A stretch of DNA of 64,000 nt from Aplysia californica (GCF_000002075.1 NW_004797659.1:508347-572346); one strand, 5' to 3'. Shown: positions 25,811-40,215, counted from the stretch's first letter. A program made the numbers and translations. The notes: generated by a model from the sequence alone, not told the origin.

Positions 25811-28033
25811 TATGGTATCATGTAGTTTGCTTGGCAAATTTCATATTGCTCTACAAAAGTTCTTTTCTCTGTACTCAGTGTCTCTGCTAGCATGTTAAAG
25901 TGGACATATATACGGTCTCTTTAGTGTCTATTATTTACTGTTTTCAGAGGCTTGACTGTACAATCTGTAGCTCTGCATTTCGTGGCAGTTTTGAGAATCA
26001 TGCACTACACTGTGTACAAAGCACTGACCAGCTGTAGTTAAGTGGGAATATTTTGCGCCTGCAACAGCAGATCTTATATCATTTAGGAGGTGGGCTGCTT
26101 ACACCCTGCCTGTTTGGGCCAACCTGAAAGGTGGGGGGGGGGGGGGGGGGGGTACAGCATTTCAGCAGATTAAAGGAAATGCTCAATAAAATAATGTTCT
26201 ACACATTGAAGTAGCTCACTTCCTGAATTATTTGAAATGTTTCACAGGGAGGGTAGAACATTTACCATCGTTTACAGTCAAATCCTCCTTTACAGAGAGG
26301 TTGGCAAAAATTTCTCCTTTTCCCCAACTCTCAAACCCCCCCCCCCCCCCCTCCAAATCCTTACATAAACATACTCATGCACACACACATGCACGCACAG
26401 GCACACCTGCAACTTGGATGAATAAATGTTGTTAAAACCAAACGGTTTGCCTCCATGTCATCATATTCTCAGTTATGTGTGCTGTTCTCTCCTGTAGAGT
26501 AATTGATTATGATGTTCTGGAGATCTTCCAGAGAGTTCCTCTCCATTTTACTTCTCCTGCGTATTTGGTACACCAGCATCTGTGGTGTAACATGTAGGAT
26601 TTTCACTATTGCCCTCTGACGTTTCAAGTTCGATTCCTGAGTATGGAAGTTATTCTTTTGAGTATTTTTGTCAGTTTGCTTGGATGCTCGATATCCAACT
26701 CAGCATTGGTTCGCCTTGACAGGCAGGGTTGAAACAAACTTCTTTTCTGTTGATAGAAATTGTGTCAGTATTCAGTGTACAAATGTAGAATAAATTGGAT
26801 AAGTATAAATAATATTAATGTGTCTCACTCTCCTTGGTCCTTCACTTGCGATAATCACTGTATTTTTCATTATTTAGTTCTTCTATTCTTAGTTACAAAG
26901 TGTAATGGAAAAAAATACCGAATTCCGTATACCAGTTCTGGTAAGACTCCTTATCTGTGTAATTTGCCCGATCTCTTGATAACAAACATTTTATAGATGT
27001 AAAGAAATATAATTTTTTAACATCTTTTTACGATAACTTTTTTTGGGGGAAAAGTTTGTTTTCTCAGATGTTTTCATTGTCTTTATCTATGTCATGTCAG
27101 TATCCTTTTTTACTCAACTAGATTGTTCCTCAATCTGCTTTTCTTTTTATTTCTTTACTAAAATAGTCATCTGAAACAGTATATAGAGTCTAGTATATGT
27201 TCATTACTAATTTGGACATTACTGCAGACAGCTTTCATGGGAGTTACTTTTAACATATTCGTCTTCCATAAGGTGACAGAAGGTTATGAAGGATAACATT
27301 TTAATGTTTTCACTGCTTTGTTTCTGGTGTTTCGTTGGCTCTAATATAAAAAAGGATTTTTCCAATAATAATGTAATACATCACCCACATATAAAATAAT
27401 GATTGTAGCTTTAACGCTAACAATATCATAAGTCATCCTTGTTCTTTAGGCTTATCCCCCCCCCCCCCCCCCTTTCTCCCGCACATATTACATATTACAT
27501 CTAATGTAACGGATGTGTGGATTTTGCTATCACTTTCAGTAGAAGCCCAAACTTTTTGCCTCCCACAATTTCTTGGATTTTCTTACAGTTATGAGATATT
27601 CAGATTATTTTCCATGACATAGCCAGCTTGGTCATTAGTGTCATGTGACGTACTTCATTTTGANNNNNNNNNNNNNNNNNNNNNNNNNNNNNNNNNNNNN
27701 NNNNNNNNNNNNNNNNNNNNNNNNNNNNNNNNNNNNNNNNNNNNNNNNNNNNNNNNNNNNNNNGCTCAATGAATTCAGTAGAAGACCTTTTCTTTCTTAC
27801 ATGTGCCTCATGATTGCTCATGTGTATGTATTTGTGCTTTGTGTTTTACAAATTATGGCTGCTCTTCTCGTATTCATTTATTTGATTATTCTACATGAGG
27901 GGTCATTTCCTTTTAAATAATGTATAGTTAAGGGGTTTGGTTTTAGTGGATTTTTTCAGATATACTGTGCTGATTATGTGACATTGCATGTTGTATGTTG
28001 GTCTGTTTTACTATATGTTGGAAGTCCTTTTTG

Positions 28034-28348
28034 TAACCAGAGCATTTATAGGAAATTCTCTATTGTCAAGAAATCATGACCGGGTTATTAGCTGTTAAAG
28101 TATGGTACCTTTGTGCAGTAAGCTTATCTACTTATAGACTGCTTAGTTTTAGTGTATGTAATCTTAATTCTACTTCCACGCTAGAAAACCACATAGAGTG
28201 TAACCAGAGCATTTATAGGAAATTCTCTATTGTCAAGAAATCATGACCGGGTTATTAGCTATTAAAGTATGGTACCTGTTTGCAGTAAGCTTTAGTTTTA
28301 GTGTATGTAATCTTAATCCTACTTCCATGCTAGAAGACCACATAGAGT
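28034..28348 (+). repeat. Tandem duplication, period ~167 bp
   Basis: taaccagagcatttatagg...ccacatagagt twice; the second copy has a short deletion and substitutions. Confidence 0.88.
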
Positions 28349-28634
28349 ATTTTAATTGACCCTACAACTTGAACTGTTTCTAGTTAGTTTTCTTTTGATA
28401 ATATTCAAGTGCGCTGTTGTATAATTTTAAAAGCTATGCATGTGTCTATTATATGTGAATACAAAGTTTCAGAATGAAACAGTAACGTGCATTTGTCCCA
28501 ACTCCGAATTATCCTCCTAAGTTTTCCTGTTCCTCTTAATCATTAATTCAAGTTACTGATTCTTTAAAAAGGCAAACTTGCAATTCCACTTAGAATATGT
28601 TGGCCTCTTTGTGCAGTGAAGTTAAAAATATGCA

Positions 28635-28806
28635 TGTTTGGTGGGTGCTCTGGTGTGGTTTTCTTCTTCTTTCCTATCAAACATCTATTGTCTTTATCTC
28701 CCCTCCTTCTTTTTAGTGTTTGTTACTCTATTGTAACACCTCTAATCTTCGGCACTTATATGACCTTATTGTGTTGCAAGTGCCGTAAAGCACTTATTAA
28801 AACTTA
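28635..28806 (+). mobile_element. Family B copy
   Basis: Full consensus; TSD GAAGTTAAAAATA. Confidence 0.85.
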
Positions 28807-29711
28807 GAAGTTAAAAATAATGTTCATTGTTTATTTTTATTTTATTTTTTTCTGTTTGCTTCTTAATTCGTTTAGTTTTTTTGGGTTATTTTTAAGTTGT
28901 TTTTTTTTAAAACCAGCATATTGTGCTCACTTTTGTTTTAAATTTTACGTTTTAGGCTTAAAAGAAACATTNNNNNNNNNNNNNNNNNNNNNNNNNNNNN
29001 NNNNNNNNNNNNNNNNNNNNNNNNNNNNNNNNNNNNNNNNNNNNNNNNNNNNNNNNNNNNNNNNNNNNNNNNNNNNNNNNNNNNNNNNNNNNNNNNNNNN
29101 NNNNNNNNNNNNNNNNNNNNNNNNNNNNNNNNNNNNNNNNNNNNNNNNNNNNNNNNNNNNNNNNNNNNNNNNNNNNNNNNNNNNNNNNNNNNNNNNNNNN
29201 NNNNNNNNNNNNNNNNNNNNNNNNNNNNNNNNNNNNNNNNNNNNNNNNNNNNNNNNNNNNNNNNNNNNNNNNNTCTAACAACAGAATTGTCAACTTTCTA
29301 ATTGGTTGGGGGGGGGGGTTTCATTGATCCTCTTTTTGTAATTTTTTAAGGTATAATTGATATGACATGACAATTTTCCTTCTTTTTTTTTTTCTTTCGT
29401 TCCAATTTTTATTTTATTTTTTTACATTTTGTTGGGGGTTTTTTTTTTGGGGGGGTGCCTCAGACTTAAAAGTACCATATTAGTGAAACAAATGAGTCTC
29501 TGAAAACTTTTTCACTCGCGTAAATGAAAAATCAAAGGGAGGCCCCATATTTTTCTTGGAACGTGGACGTAATGAAGTAAAAAATTCTAATTTTGTTTAT
29601 TGAATTGGTATATGAAAAGGCTATTTCTTTTGGCACTCTCCTAAACGAATGTTACTGCTGTGTGTCATATTGTCCCCTTGTTTCTTCATTTTGCCTTCTT
29701 TTCTCTATGCG

Positions 29712-30072
29712 TGTGTGTGGTTTGCCTGTGGTCTGGTCTGGGTTGTCTTTTTTTTCTGTCAAATTATTATTTTTATCTCTCCTACTTTTTTTTCTTTGTA
29801 TGTTTTCCTCTTGTAACGCCTCAAACCTCCGGCGCCTTTATGTCCATTTTGAATTTCAAGTGCTGTAAAATTCAAACTGCGACCAAAATGTGGGTGGTTG
29901 GTGGGTGCTCTGGTGTGGTTTGCTTCTTCTTTCCTTTGACACATCTCCGTCCTTATCTCCCCTTCTTCTTTTTTATGTTTGTTACTCTCTTGTGACACCT
30001 CTAATCTTCTGACACTCATATGACCTTATGCAGTTGCGAGTGTCGTAAAACCTCTACTAAAACTAAAACTAA
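29712..30072 (+). mobile_element. Two tandem family B copies (29712-29887 older, 29890-30072)
   Basis: The second copy sits in the tail of the first; tail actaaaactaaaactaac. Confidence 0.82.
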
Positions 30073-30102
30073 CTACGACCACAATCATTGTTTGCCCTGC
30101 AG

Positions 30103-30205
30103 GTCTGTAAGCAGTGACAGTTTGTCGCTATCACATCCTCGAGCCAGGAAGATGGGAGAGTTCCCTGTGGTGGCGCCTCAAAGTCTGCAACATTTCGGCA
30201 AATAG
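30103..30205 (+). CDS. TMEM245: Candidate TMEM245 terminal coding exon (SVSSDSLSLSHPRARKMGEFPVVAPQSLQHFGK*)
   Basis: ccctgcag|G, phase-2 entry, TAG at 30203-30205; followed by a long, repeat-poor, T-rich UTR-like tract. Confidence 0.6.
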
Positions 30206-33200
30206 GATGAGGAAAGGACAAAGATAGGACAGCGAATAGGATGAGAAGAGGACAGCGAAAAAACGGGGAAAGGACTGCGATAGGACTGCAAAGAACAACG
30301 ATAGGACCCGCTGAGAAAGAAAGTGAACAACGGCGATATTTTGACATTTGATGCTTACTTAGTAGTAATTTTCTTCTGCAGAAGTACCAATACAGAAGCC
30401 AATAATTCTTCTGGTGTGGTTTTAAATAACAGTGTTTTGACGGAATGACACACTAGAATAGATGAGTGGAACAGTTTGTTACGTTAAAGTAGCAGTGGGG
30501 GTGAAATCATCAAGTTTCAAGTTTCGGCTGTCGGTTGCAATTCTATGGTTTTTTTAAACTTTCGAAAATTTTAATATCGAATTAAACATTTTTTTCACTC
30601 AAATGATTTTCATTTTCAAATCGCAATGTCACTGCTTTCCCTTTGATGTAAGAATTTTGTTGGTCCGGTGAGCTTTTTATGTGTAATCGCAGCAAAATCC
30701 TGAGACTGTGTTTTGATATACTGGAGGTTGTGCATGCTTCTAGATATTAGGAATAGGAGAGTTTGACTTTCTGACTTGTGTGGAAATAAGATAGCCATCA
30801 TGTACACAATAATAAGCATATAATTAGAGCTGTCATCGTGTGCCTGCTAACTTGAGTCGTATTTTAAAATTTTATTTTGCCTTTGTCTTGCAATGTAATC
30901 AATAATTATGTTGCACTTAGAAAGTGTGATCACGGGAATCGTTATTATTAATGTGAAGTCCACATTATCGTATCGTATAAGTCTGTTTGACGTTTACATG
31001 ACCTACTTAGACAGGCTGCTCAATATCGACGTCGCTGTTACATGCAGTAATAGCTTACATTGTAGTGAAATGAGAATTAGAATTGAACTATTAAAATATC
31101 TGCTTTGATTTACGTAGGTACGTTCCTTTAGTTGCTAGCCAAGCACCATTATAATAACTGTGACTGTGTGTTACTATGTTTGTTGTTCTAGTAGTCCGCT
31201 TGTGTATGTGCAATACGTTCCAGGCTTGTGTATGTGCTGGGAACCTGTACGTTTATGCTCTCCGTCATAATCAAGTTGATATTTAAACAACGGTTGTATT
31301 ACTTAATTTTTGTTTGCTGGTGTTTCAACTTTTTTTTCTTCATTGTGGTGGTATTTTAACATAATTTTTATTTTCTGTCATTTCGACTTATTTTAACCTA
31401 ATTTCCATTTGTTGTTATTTTATCTGAATTTTTATTTGCTTTCAGCGTTATGACGGTTTAGTTTGTTTGCTTTAACTTTAACAGTTGTCTATATTTTTGT
31501 ACCCATTGCTTTAAACAAATGTATAGTCATACGGGTCATATGCAATAAGCTTAGTTTTTGTTAGGAAATGAAAGATAAAAAAAAGAGGAGTCGTTATCTT
31601 TAGAACGCTTACTCAAAATCTTGGTTATTTGGAAACAAGGCTGAGGCAACCTCAAAAATACATTGGTTGATGATAGCTGGCTCTGTCTGTTTGGGTTTCG
31701 CTGGACAAAATGACCACAGATAATATCTGAATATGGGAATAGCACATCATATGTTGAAAAAGTTAAAGGTACTTTTTATATACCGAAGATCTGAGCTTAC
31801 TGAAAATGATCCAATAATATTTTGGCGATAATGTTATCTTACTTCTTTTTTTTTTAATTCTTTTTTTTTTCTACATTGTGATTTTTGTAATAATAGACTA
31901 CATTGTACCATTAGCATTGCTAGGTTTTGAGTGTAAGTTTGACATTGATAGATGTCTTTGCTTGAGTTGCTGTGAGATATTTGAAGAGTGTGGGCAGGTA
32001 TTGTGGTCTTTGGTAATAATATGGTATATCTCATTTTTATCATCATCATTGGACCTCATGAATCTCAAAGAATCTCATGCTCAATTTATGTCATGTGAAC
32101 GGTATACCTCACTCTATATCAGTTTAGTGCTTTTGTGCTGTCCAGTTGTGCTTTATTGATATGAATGGTTTTATTTTTCTTAACGGCATTTTTGTTACAA
32201 ATTTGAACTTGGAGGATTTTATGGCCAGTAGTTTCGAAAGTCTTGCATGCAAGTGAATTCTGTGAGGGATATTTTTTCTTTTTCTTTAAAGAGGCAGCTC
32301 TTTAATTTTACCATACCTGGTGTTGATATGTTAAAATTTCACACCTGGGCTGTGTCAGTGCTGAGTGAACTGAACTTTTGATCCACGTAAAGTGACTTCA
32401 TGCTAGCTTGTTTCTGGATTCCAGAGTCAATTTACGAAACTGAATGGGCTCACCCATGGTTTCATAATGTAATGGTTCCTAGTGTTATCAGACAGTTTGT
32501 CTTTTTATTATTTTTCTCTTGTTTATATTTCTATAGTTGTTAGAAATCCCATTTTGTACTTGTAAGTTGATGGTGATCAAAGCAAAGTACTTGGGTCTGG
32601 GTCTGTGGCAGTTAGGCTCTTTGCTGTAGCATACAGAAGACGTGAGTTCAATTTCTATGGAGGAAATCTTTTTATTGACCATTTCCGTCTGTTTGCTGGG
32701 ATGTCGTATCCCACGCAGCCCAGGTTGATCCTGATAAGTTGGGTGGAAGCAACTGGCTTCTGAATCGTGTCAGTGGGGATGTAAAGCAAAGACTGAAAAG
32801 CAAAATAACAGACTTTAAGAACTTAAATTTTTCATGAGTCAAAAGACTGCCTCAAAAGAGTTGTTTCTTTCTTGTATTCCGTTATGGGATATGAGAGCTT
32901 CTGGACTGCTTTTTTTTTAGCTCATAAAGTAAAAACTTCATCTCCAATATAATATGTGGCATGTTATGTCCCCAGATTAGATGTCAGAAGTTTTTATGTT
33001 TATACCAGATTTGGCTAGTTTGCATGGAACACCACCGACATTACAGTTTCTTGCACCACGGCACGGAGGTCTTAATATCTCTTCATGCTCCTTTCTGTTC
33101 GTCAACCTGTCTTTCAAAATACTTTTATTTCACTGTTGTTTCTCAATGTGGTGCTTCTCTGTTTCTTGTGTGAGACGGCGAGAATGTTGAATGTACTGCT

Positions 33201-36200
33201 GCTGCTTGTTATACTGTTTCATCATTGTGCTTTGGAAATCTGCCTCCACTTTTTTTTTTTTTTTTTTTCACAATGTCAAGAGGCTAAACACTGTGATTAT
33301 ATGGTTTTTCTCTCCTTCTTGTGCCCTTTTTACGTACATGGCCACTTTATCTACATAGTACGTAGAAACTTCCCTTGCCTGACAGGCAGGCGTGTGCCAT
33401 TTTCGAAGGTACCCTAAATATTTATACTGACTAGAGTGGCTCCAGTTTTAGGTAGAAATTAAGTTTGAATTTTGCTCGTGCGGGTGGCTCAAAAGGCCTA
33501 CTTTTTTCTATTTTAGAACTACCAAGGGATCTGCCATGTGTGAAACTCTACCTGAGGCTTTCAAATTTTCCCGTCCTGTTCCGAGAAGACTATGTGCTAG
33601 TTCATGCCCATTCTAGTGTACTAGTGTACTAGGATCAAGGGGTGTAGAAAACATGAGGAAAATAACCTGACACTGGGAGGGGGGGGGGGATCGACCTCTA
33701 GACCTGTGGATTGACAGGCAAACACCATACATACATGTACCTGTTGCTGCCATGTCCCCAGTTTTGTCTTCAGTGCATCCTTTTTTAAATCTTTTTTTTT
33801 CTTCTATTTTCCAAAGTACTCTTTGAATTTGCAAATGATTGAGGTTTTTTGAGGTCATTTTCTTCACATGTCATCATACACTCGGTCTCTGTCTGGTTTA
33901 GACCACACTAAGTTCTCAATGTGGACATATAGTAAACTGACCAGGAAATTAATTTCACGATAAACTTTTCATTCTTAGGTCTAGTTCTTTAGATATTTTT
34001 CAATTTTTAGAGCATTCCAAACTGTTTTTTCCAAACGATATGTACATTGTTGGATTGTTGTGCTTTAAATTTGTCACCGAAAATGAAATTTTTGGCTGAA
34101 AAATAAGCTGATAGACAGTTTTTAGTTAATGTTAATGTAATTATGAGTCAGAGTTTGAAAACCGGTTTGCAGTCAGTGATAGACTTTTGGGGTATGCATT
34201 TATGAAAATACCTGCCAGTACGTCCGAGGAAAGAGAGTAGTATGGTTTGCACAAATTGAGAAGTAACCGATTGCTCTCATATGATCAAATATTGAGTTTT
34301 AAATGATACTATGTTGTAGTTTTCTCAGTTGAGTATTGTAGAGAGACTGAAAGTACTGAAAGTGTTGGACTTGTCTGGTTTTTTAAGATTGGGGTAAAAA
34401 ATAATGGGGGGGTTCCCAAACTTTGATGTCAATTTTCTTATTTTTTTACCCTTTTGTATGAACAAATACTAAAATCTGCAATTTGTTTGATTAAGTTCTG
34501 ATTATGTTAGATTAATGGACTGTTATTTTTTGCTCAAGAACTTTTCTAGATTTTGTGCAAAGAAGTAGTCCGGATATAAAGGGAGGTTTTCCATGCTTCA
34601 ACATATGCATTTGTTCCTGAGGTGCTGAGGAGAGCGTCTTCCCGATTCATTTACTCTTTGTGTCCTTTGTTGTAACTGTTTCCCATTTGTTTTATTTTGT
34701 TCCTGAAAATTTTGGTTGCAATAAATATCTATGTCCTATTGGAGATTTCCGTAAATCCATTTTACCACCATTCAAGTTTGTACTTTGAAAGAAAACATCG
34801 CAGTAGATTTGGCTTCTGCTCTGCTTATACTTATATATGCCATCTTAGATTTTTGTTTGCCTGTTTTCTTTAGTGCTATATATGTCATGTGTCCATGCAC
34901 AAAATTATCTCTTAAATATCGTGGTTCTGTCTTTGAGTGGGATCCTCCCACCTATTGTACTCACGTTTTGTCAGTTGTGCTATTTTTTTATATCTCTATC
35001 TATGGCTTCTGATATTTCATATTTGCCCTGTAAGATTTTGTAAATCATTGTTCTGTTAGACAAAACATATTCATTTGGCATTTTTGGACTGCAAAATTTG
35101 CTAATAATAACAAGCATTTTTTTTCTTCCAATTTAAATTAACAGACAATTAATAGACAGTAAAAAAAAAATTACTGTGTACTTGTGTTTCTGATTAGTGT
35201 GCAGTGAAAGAATTCAAAAGTCGATCTTGTTCTCATGAGCCTGTTATTTTCCACTGTCAGTCTGTGTGTATCACACTGTGGTATTCCATTGGCTCATACT
35301 CATGTCTAAAGTAGCTGTTTGCTCAGAAAAGTTTGATCACCTACTCCCAACTTTGACAGATAGGAACTCGGTTGTGTGTGTCACTAGCCAAGGGTCTCAA
35401 AGTACAACTTGTATAGTTTTCAACTTTTTCCTTTTTGAGCAAAATACCCAATCAGATTTGATAATAAATTTGCTCTAGATTTCAGCTTTTCTTTTCAGGC
35501 ACTAAATCATGGTTACATGAAAGTATTGAAAGCCAGAAACAGTTTGTTGTTTTCAGAAAATAACTGTTTTGTTCTTTGACTTCAGATCACAATTTTAGTA
35601 AAATTACATAAAGGCAAGGAGATTTCTGAGGAAACTTAGAGTTGCAGAATTAATACAAAATTTCTAAACAGCGTGGCAAACCACTAGAATGAACTAATTT
35701 TGCTAACTTTTGCAATTTGGCCAAAATGAACTGTCTCAGATCTGACTTTCCATTATAACAATGTGTCTGTTGTACTGACATTCCTTGGACTGACAGGTCT
35801 ATTGATGGAAGAACTTTGACCTTACAGCCCTAATCAATAAGTCTTGACCTGAACTGTGCACTTTTTGTGTAGACTCAAGTCGAATTCCTTGTGCTGCTTG
35901 CATTTATTTGTGTGGACTTCTGCGTGTGGTTGTACTACACTCGCTTGTTTGTGCGCATGCTTAGTTTGAAATGATCCAGTCACAAATCCTCTACTACAAT
36001 TATTTACTCCTCATGAAGTTAATGGACAGTTTTGCCATGTTGTGTCTTTGCCATGTAGGACCTTTGACTTCTAATTCTATTTTTACATATATTATAATAA
36101 TAATGTATCTTTGCTTGGTACTTGTAGTTTTGTTGTCTATGCTGCCATTTTACTTTGCTTCTATACTCAAGAGGTCACCGAAATGTAAAATAACCATAAT

Positions 36201-36628
36201 AATATTATAAGCCCATATCGACTATCATTGTAGCCTATCTCTTTTTGGGGATTGCATTTATTCTTATGATTTGTTTTTCTTTGTTACTGCTGTTTTTCTG
36301 CATGCTGTGAATTTCGTAGGAAAGTTTGTGTGGTGGTAGTGGCGAGTGTTGATTTTCCCCTATCTCCTCACAGCTTACTAGTAATACTAGTCTGATCTCA
36401 GGACAACATGACAGGTTTCCCGCTGTGCACTATAAATGTTGTCTACTTCCTGTTTGAGATGACTTTGCGTTTTAAAAATTTTTTGTTATTTGTTCACTTT
36501 TTGTATGTCACTATGATAACTGGCTGTTTTCTTTTGACTTTGTGAGTGTATGCTCTCATGGAAAGTGTGTGGTTGAAATGGGCCTTTTTGTAGGTTCTAC
36601 TTCTTTACTTTCCCTTTGTTTTTTCTGA

Positions 36629-36664
<36 letters not shown>

Positions 36665-36672
36665 GACTGACT
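36629..36672. repeat. (GTCT)n microsatellite
   Basis: Seen directly. Confidence 0.95.
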
Positions 36673-36918
36673 TTTGTGACTGCTAATTTCATTTTCTGTG
36701 TGTTTGTGCTTGGTACGTCTAGAGTCGTCAGTGTTTATATTTCATATCATGCTGGACTGGGGTGTTGATGACACTGGTTCAAGTTCTCAAAGGGGTGTAC
36801 TTGGGCTGCGTGGAGGGAGAGGGTGGGGGTATTGAAGCTCCATGGCTATTTTGTGTATAGTCATCAGTACAGGTTAAATTTGGAGGTCAATTCTCTTAAA
36901 CAGTCTCACAGTGCTTAA

Positions 36919-37000
36919 CACTTTGCCGCCTTATTTTGGGGAAAATCCAAAGGAACTGGGTGTTAACCATCGCGAGTCAGCGAGATGAGATGGCAAAGTG
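36919..37000. mobile_element. 82-bp TTAA-flanked mini-element
   Basis: TTAA|CACTTTGCC ... GGCAAAGTG|TTAA. Confidence 0.55.
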
Positions 37001-37107
37001 TTAAAAGGGTTTTTTGTAAGTTTTCACATCAGAGATTTTTGTGGATGCTCATTGCTCTAAGTGCAAAAATGAGAGAACAAAATAAGATGAAATCATCATC
37101 GGTTTTT

Positions 37108-37562
37108 AGGGTGTGGCCACATTACAAGCGAGAGATGAAACAAGCGATGAGAGATAAACTTTGGGGTGGCCATACTATGAGCTGCTTTTTTTAAGTTGGA
37201 AGTAACTGGTAAGCTAGCGGGAAACAACTGAGGTGAAAACTGGTGAGTTGACTGGCCTGTGGGTCAGAAACACAATTCAAGAGATGGGGTGAGTAATTTT
37301 CGAGATTCATGTGAACACATGGAAACGTCTAAACAGCAAGGGGATGAAATCTACAAACATCAAAATGTGGGGACAGGGTAGTGGCGCTGTCGCAAAATGA
37401 GCCAAGCCGAGCAGGAGGCGAGAAGAAACTTAGCAAAGTATAGTCTCGCTCAGTGCTAAGGACACTCGTGTGGGAACCGCTCATGGTATGGCCATTTGAA
37501 CAGAAATATCTCTTATATATCCTCTGATTCTTGCTCTCTCGCTTGTAATGTGGCCTCACCCT
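37108..37562. mobile_element. Harbinger-like MITE
   Basis: ~28-bp TIR AGGGTG(T/A)GGCCACATTACAAGCGAGAGA. Confidence 0.7.
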
Positions 37563-38926
37563 CGGCATGATGTAGTTGGTCGGAGCGCTACTATCACTTG
37601 GCATGGTGGAGCTGAAAAAAAGGATCAACTCATGCAAAGTTCAACTTAACCATGGGATCTGTGAAGAGGAGGTATTGGGACCTGAGAAAAATATGATTAA
37701 CTTAACTGAAGATCAACTCAAGCAAGCTCAACACAGGAGAAGTACATCCCATTCAGCCTAGGTAGACACAGACAAGCTGAGTCCAAACAGCCTGCCTGCT
37801 AAGCAATGTAAATTCTGTCAGTGGGGGCGTCTACAATGAACTGCCACTGATTCCAACTACCATGACTGCCGTACGCTGACAAGACGCCCTTTTTTCATTT
37901 AAAAAATGTGTTATTGCTTAATGAATAGCCAGATCAGTTACCCTTCTTTAGGGAAACCATCAGTGAAACTGTGACTAGTTTTTAAAATAAATTTGCTTTC
38001 AAATTTTGGAAGATTGCCCTTTGTAAATGGTTACACTGACAAACGCCTTTTTATCTTGAAACTGCTGTGAATAAGAAAAAGGCGTTTTGTCAGCGTGCAG
38101 CAGATAAATTCTTATGTAAGAAAGAAACGCAGACTTGAGAAAACAGTCAAAGCAAATTATATCCACCAAAAAGATGGAACAACACCCAAACAAATCACAG
38201 CGAAAAAGTCAACAAATATTCTAGTATATTAATTCTTGATATATTATTTTAATTACCCTTTTTGCAAGTTCTGTTCCCCTGACCATGATCTTTGCAATTC
38301 TTTGATCACAAAATCAACATACTAGAAGATAACATGTATAATAAAGTTATAGAAAGATTTTTTTAAAAATGGAGAGCTCAAAGAATCCAACTGGGACGAA
38401 AACAAAGAGTTTCAAAAGAAAAAAAAGAAAGAAAAGAAAAAAAAAGAAAGAAAAGAAAGACAGACAGACCAATGCCAATAAACAATGACATAAAGAAATC
38501 GATATATTGTGGAGTCCACTAAAATCAAAAGCTGCAGGACCCCTGGGTTTTCTTCAATTTAGTTCGCACGATTTTTCAGTATAGAGAGGTTGCTCGAATA
38601 GAAGCAAAAAAATCGGGGATTTTTTTTCTTTCGATTTACTGTCGTTTTGAGATTAAGAGAGTTCAATTCTGAACTTTTGCCCGACTCCCTTGTACATATA
38701 TGCACTTGTAAATATAGTCATAATGCCTGAGGTTGGGCGAAAGGGAAAAGAAGGGGGAAGGAAGCAGCATCATGTAGTACATGTATTATACCTGAGTTTG
38801 AGCAAAATAACATGAGCGTTTTGTGCACACCAGTGTTGCCGTATTTTCCCGACTAAAACAAAAAGAGGTTCCTCTTAGCTAAACATTAGCCTGTGATCCC
38901 TATCTGTGGCTTCCTCCGTCAGTTAA

Positions 38927-39213
38927 CTCTTTATCTCCGAGGGGAGTAAACCCACTACGCCGGGGCCCTTTTTTGGTGCTAAATCTAAAAATGACAAAAA
39001 CATCATTAAATCGAAACTAGCAAACCTATTTTGACAGTTTTTCATCTAATGAATGAACTTCCCGTATAAGAGACCTGTTTTCGGAAATTTTGCCGAAAAG
39101 TAATTTGATGTCGAAGTCGTCGTAAAGGAATGTGCCTAAACCGCTGTCGGCAGCTCACCGGCACAGTGGTTCCGACCGCGAGCCACTGGGAGCGGCTAGC
39201 CGGAGATAAAGAG
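38927..39213. mobile_element. TTAA-flanked (piggyBac-like) MITE
   Basis: TTAA|CTCTTTATCTCCG ... CGGAGATAAAGAG|TTAA. Confidence 0.8.
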
Positions 39214-39841
39214 TTAAAGTGTACAAATTACAGTTCACAAAGAGCCTTCGTTATATCACAATGGCATACTTTCAAAGGAAAAGACAAGGATAATGGCAAG
39301 TGCAAGTCATAAAAGAAAAATAAACATCTTCAAAGCCTTTAGAAAAACAATCACACTTACATTACACATTCATACACAAATAAAATTACTGCGGAATCCC
39401 TCATGTAGGCCCGTCAGGTAGATAGTAGGAAGGCCCTACTAGAAGAAACATAATTATACTTTAAAAAATTGTTGGCATTTTTTTAATGAGGCTAAAAAAG
39501 TCACTCTTCACTAAAAAATTTTAGTAACATACATGTACAGAAATCATTTTAACAAGTCTACCATTGAACATCATCACGAGATGTGGTTTTCTAAAAACAT
39601 TTGCACATAATCTTGTGAAGAGAAAACATTATGAAAGCACGTGGAGTCTGTACAAACAACTCTCTTTAAAGTTGAAATAAAAGCACAAAAAACACAACAT
39701 TTGAACAGGGCCCAGCTGTCAGTCCAATTACAAAAAACAACCAAAATCACACACATTTCTTCATTCCTATTTTTATAAATGCATGTAATGTTAAAGAACT
39801 CACTGAACCCTGGTCCTGAGGGTATCAGGGCGGAAATTTCA

Positions 39842-40215
39842 GTTTTAGTTTTAGTAGAGGTTTTACAGCGTTCGCAACTGCATAAGGTCATATGAGCGCC
39901 AAGGGGTGGATGTCGACAGAGAAGTCCTTACTTACTCTGCTCACCTCTCTACCTTCAACAGCACACAGTCTGCTTCGACTATCAAGGCACCGCTGAAATA
40001 GCGGGTCACAAGAATGTGACAAACATTAGAGGGAAAATGACAATAGTTAAGATTAGGAAAGAAAAAGCAGCAGTTCCCTTTGCAGTTCAGGCAGTTATGA
40101 GTTTGACATTGATGAATCGGCCAGTATACAATTCTACTGTGCATAGGAACAGGTTAATGTCCCCCCTTTGGGAATGGCCTAAAGATACTCCTGTCAGCAG
40201 CACTGCCCCAGGGGT
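39842..40215 (-). mobile_element. Long family-B-tail retroposon copy
   Basis: Reverse complement of 5410-5805. Confidence 0.75.

Noticed and set aside
30206-30310. Stop-codon readthrough into gataggacagcg-like repeats
   Set aside because: An in-frame TGA follows one codon after the TAG; this looks like a simple degenerate UTR repeat.
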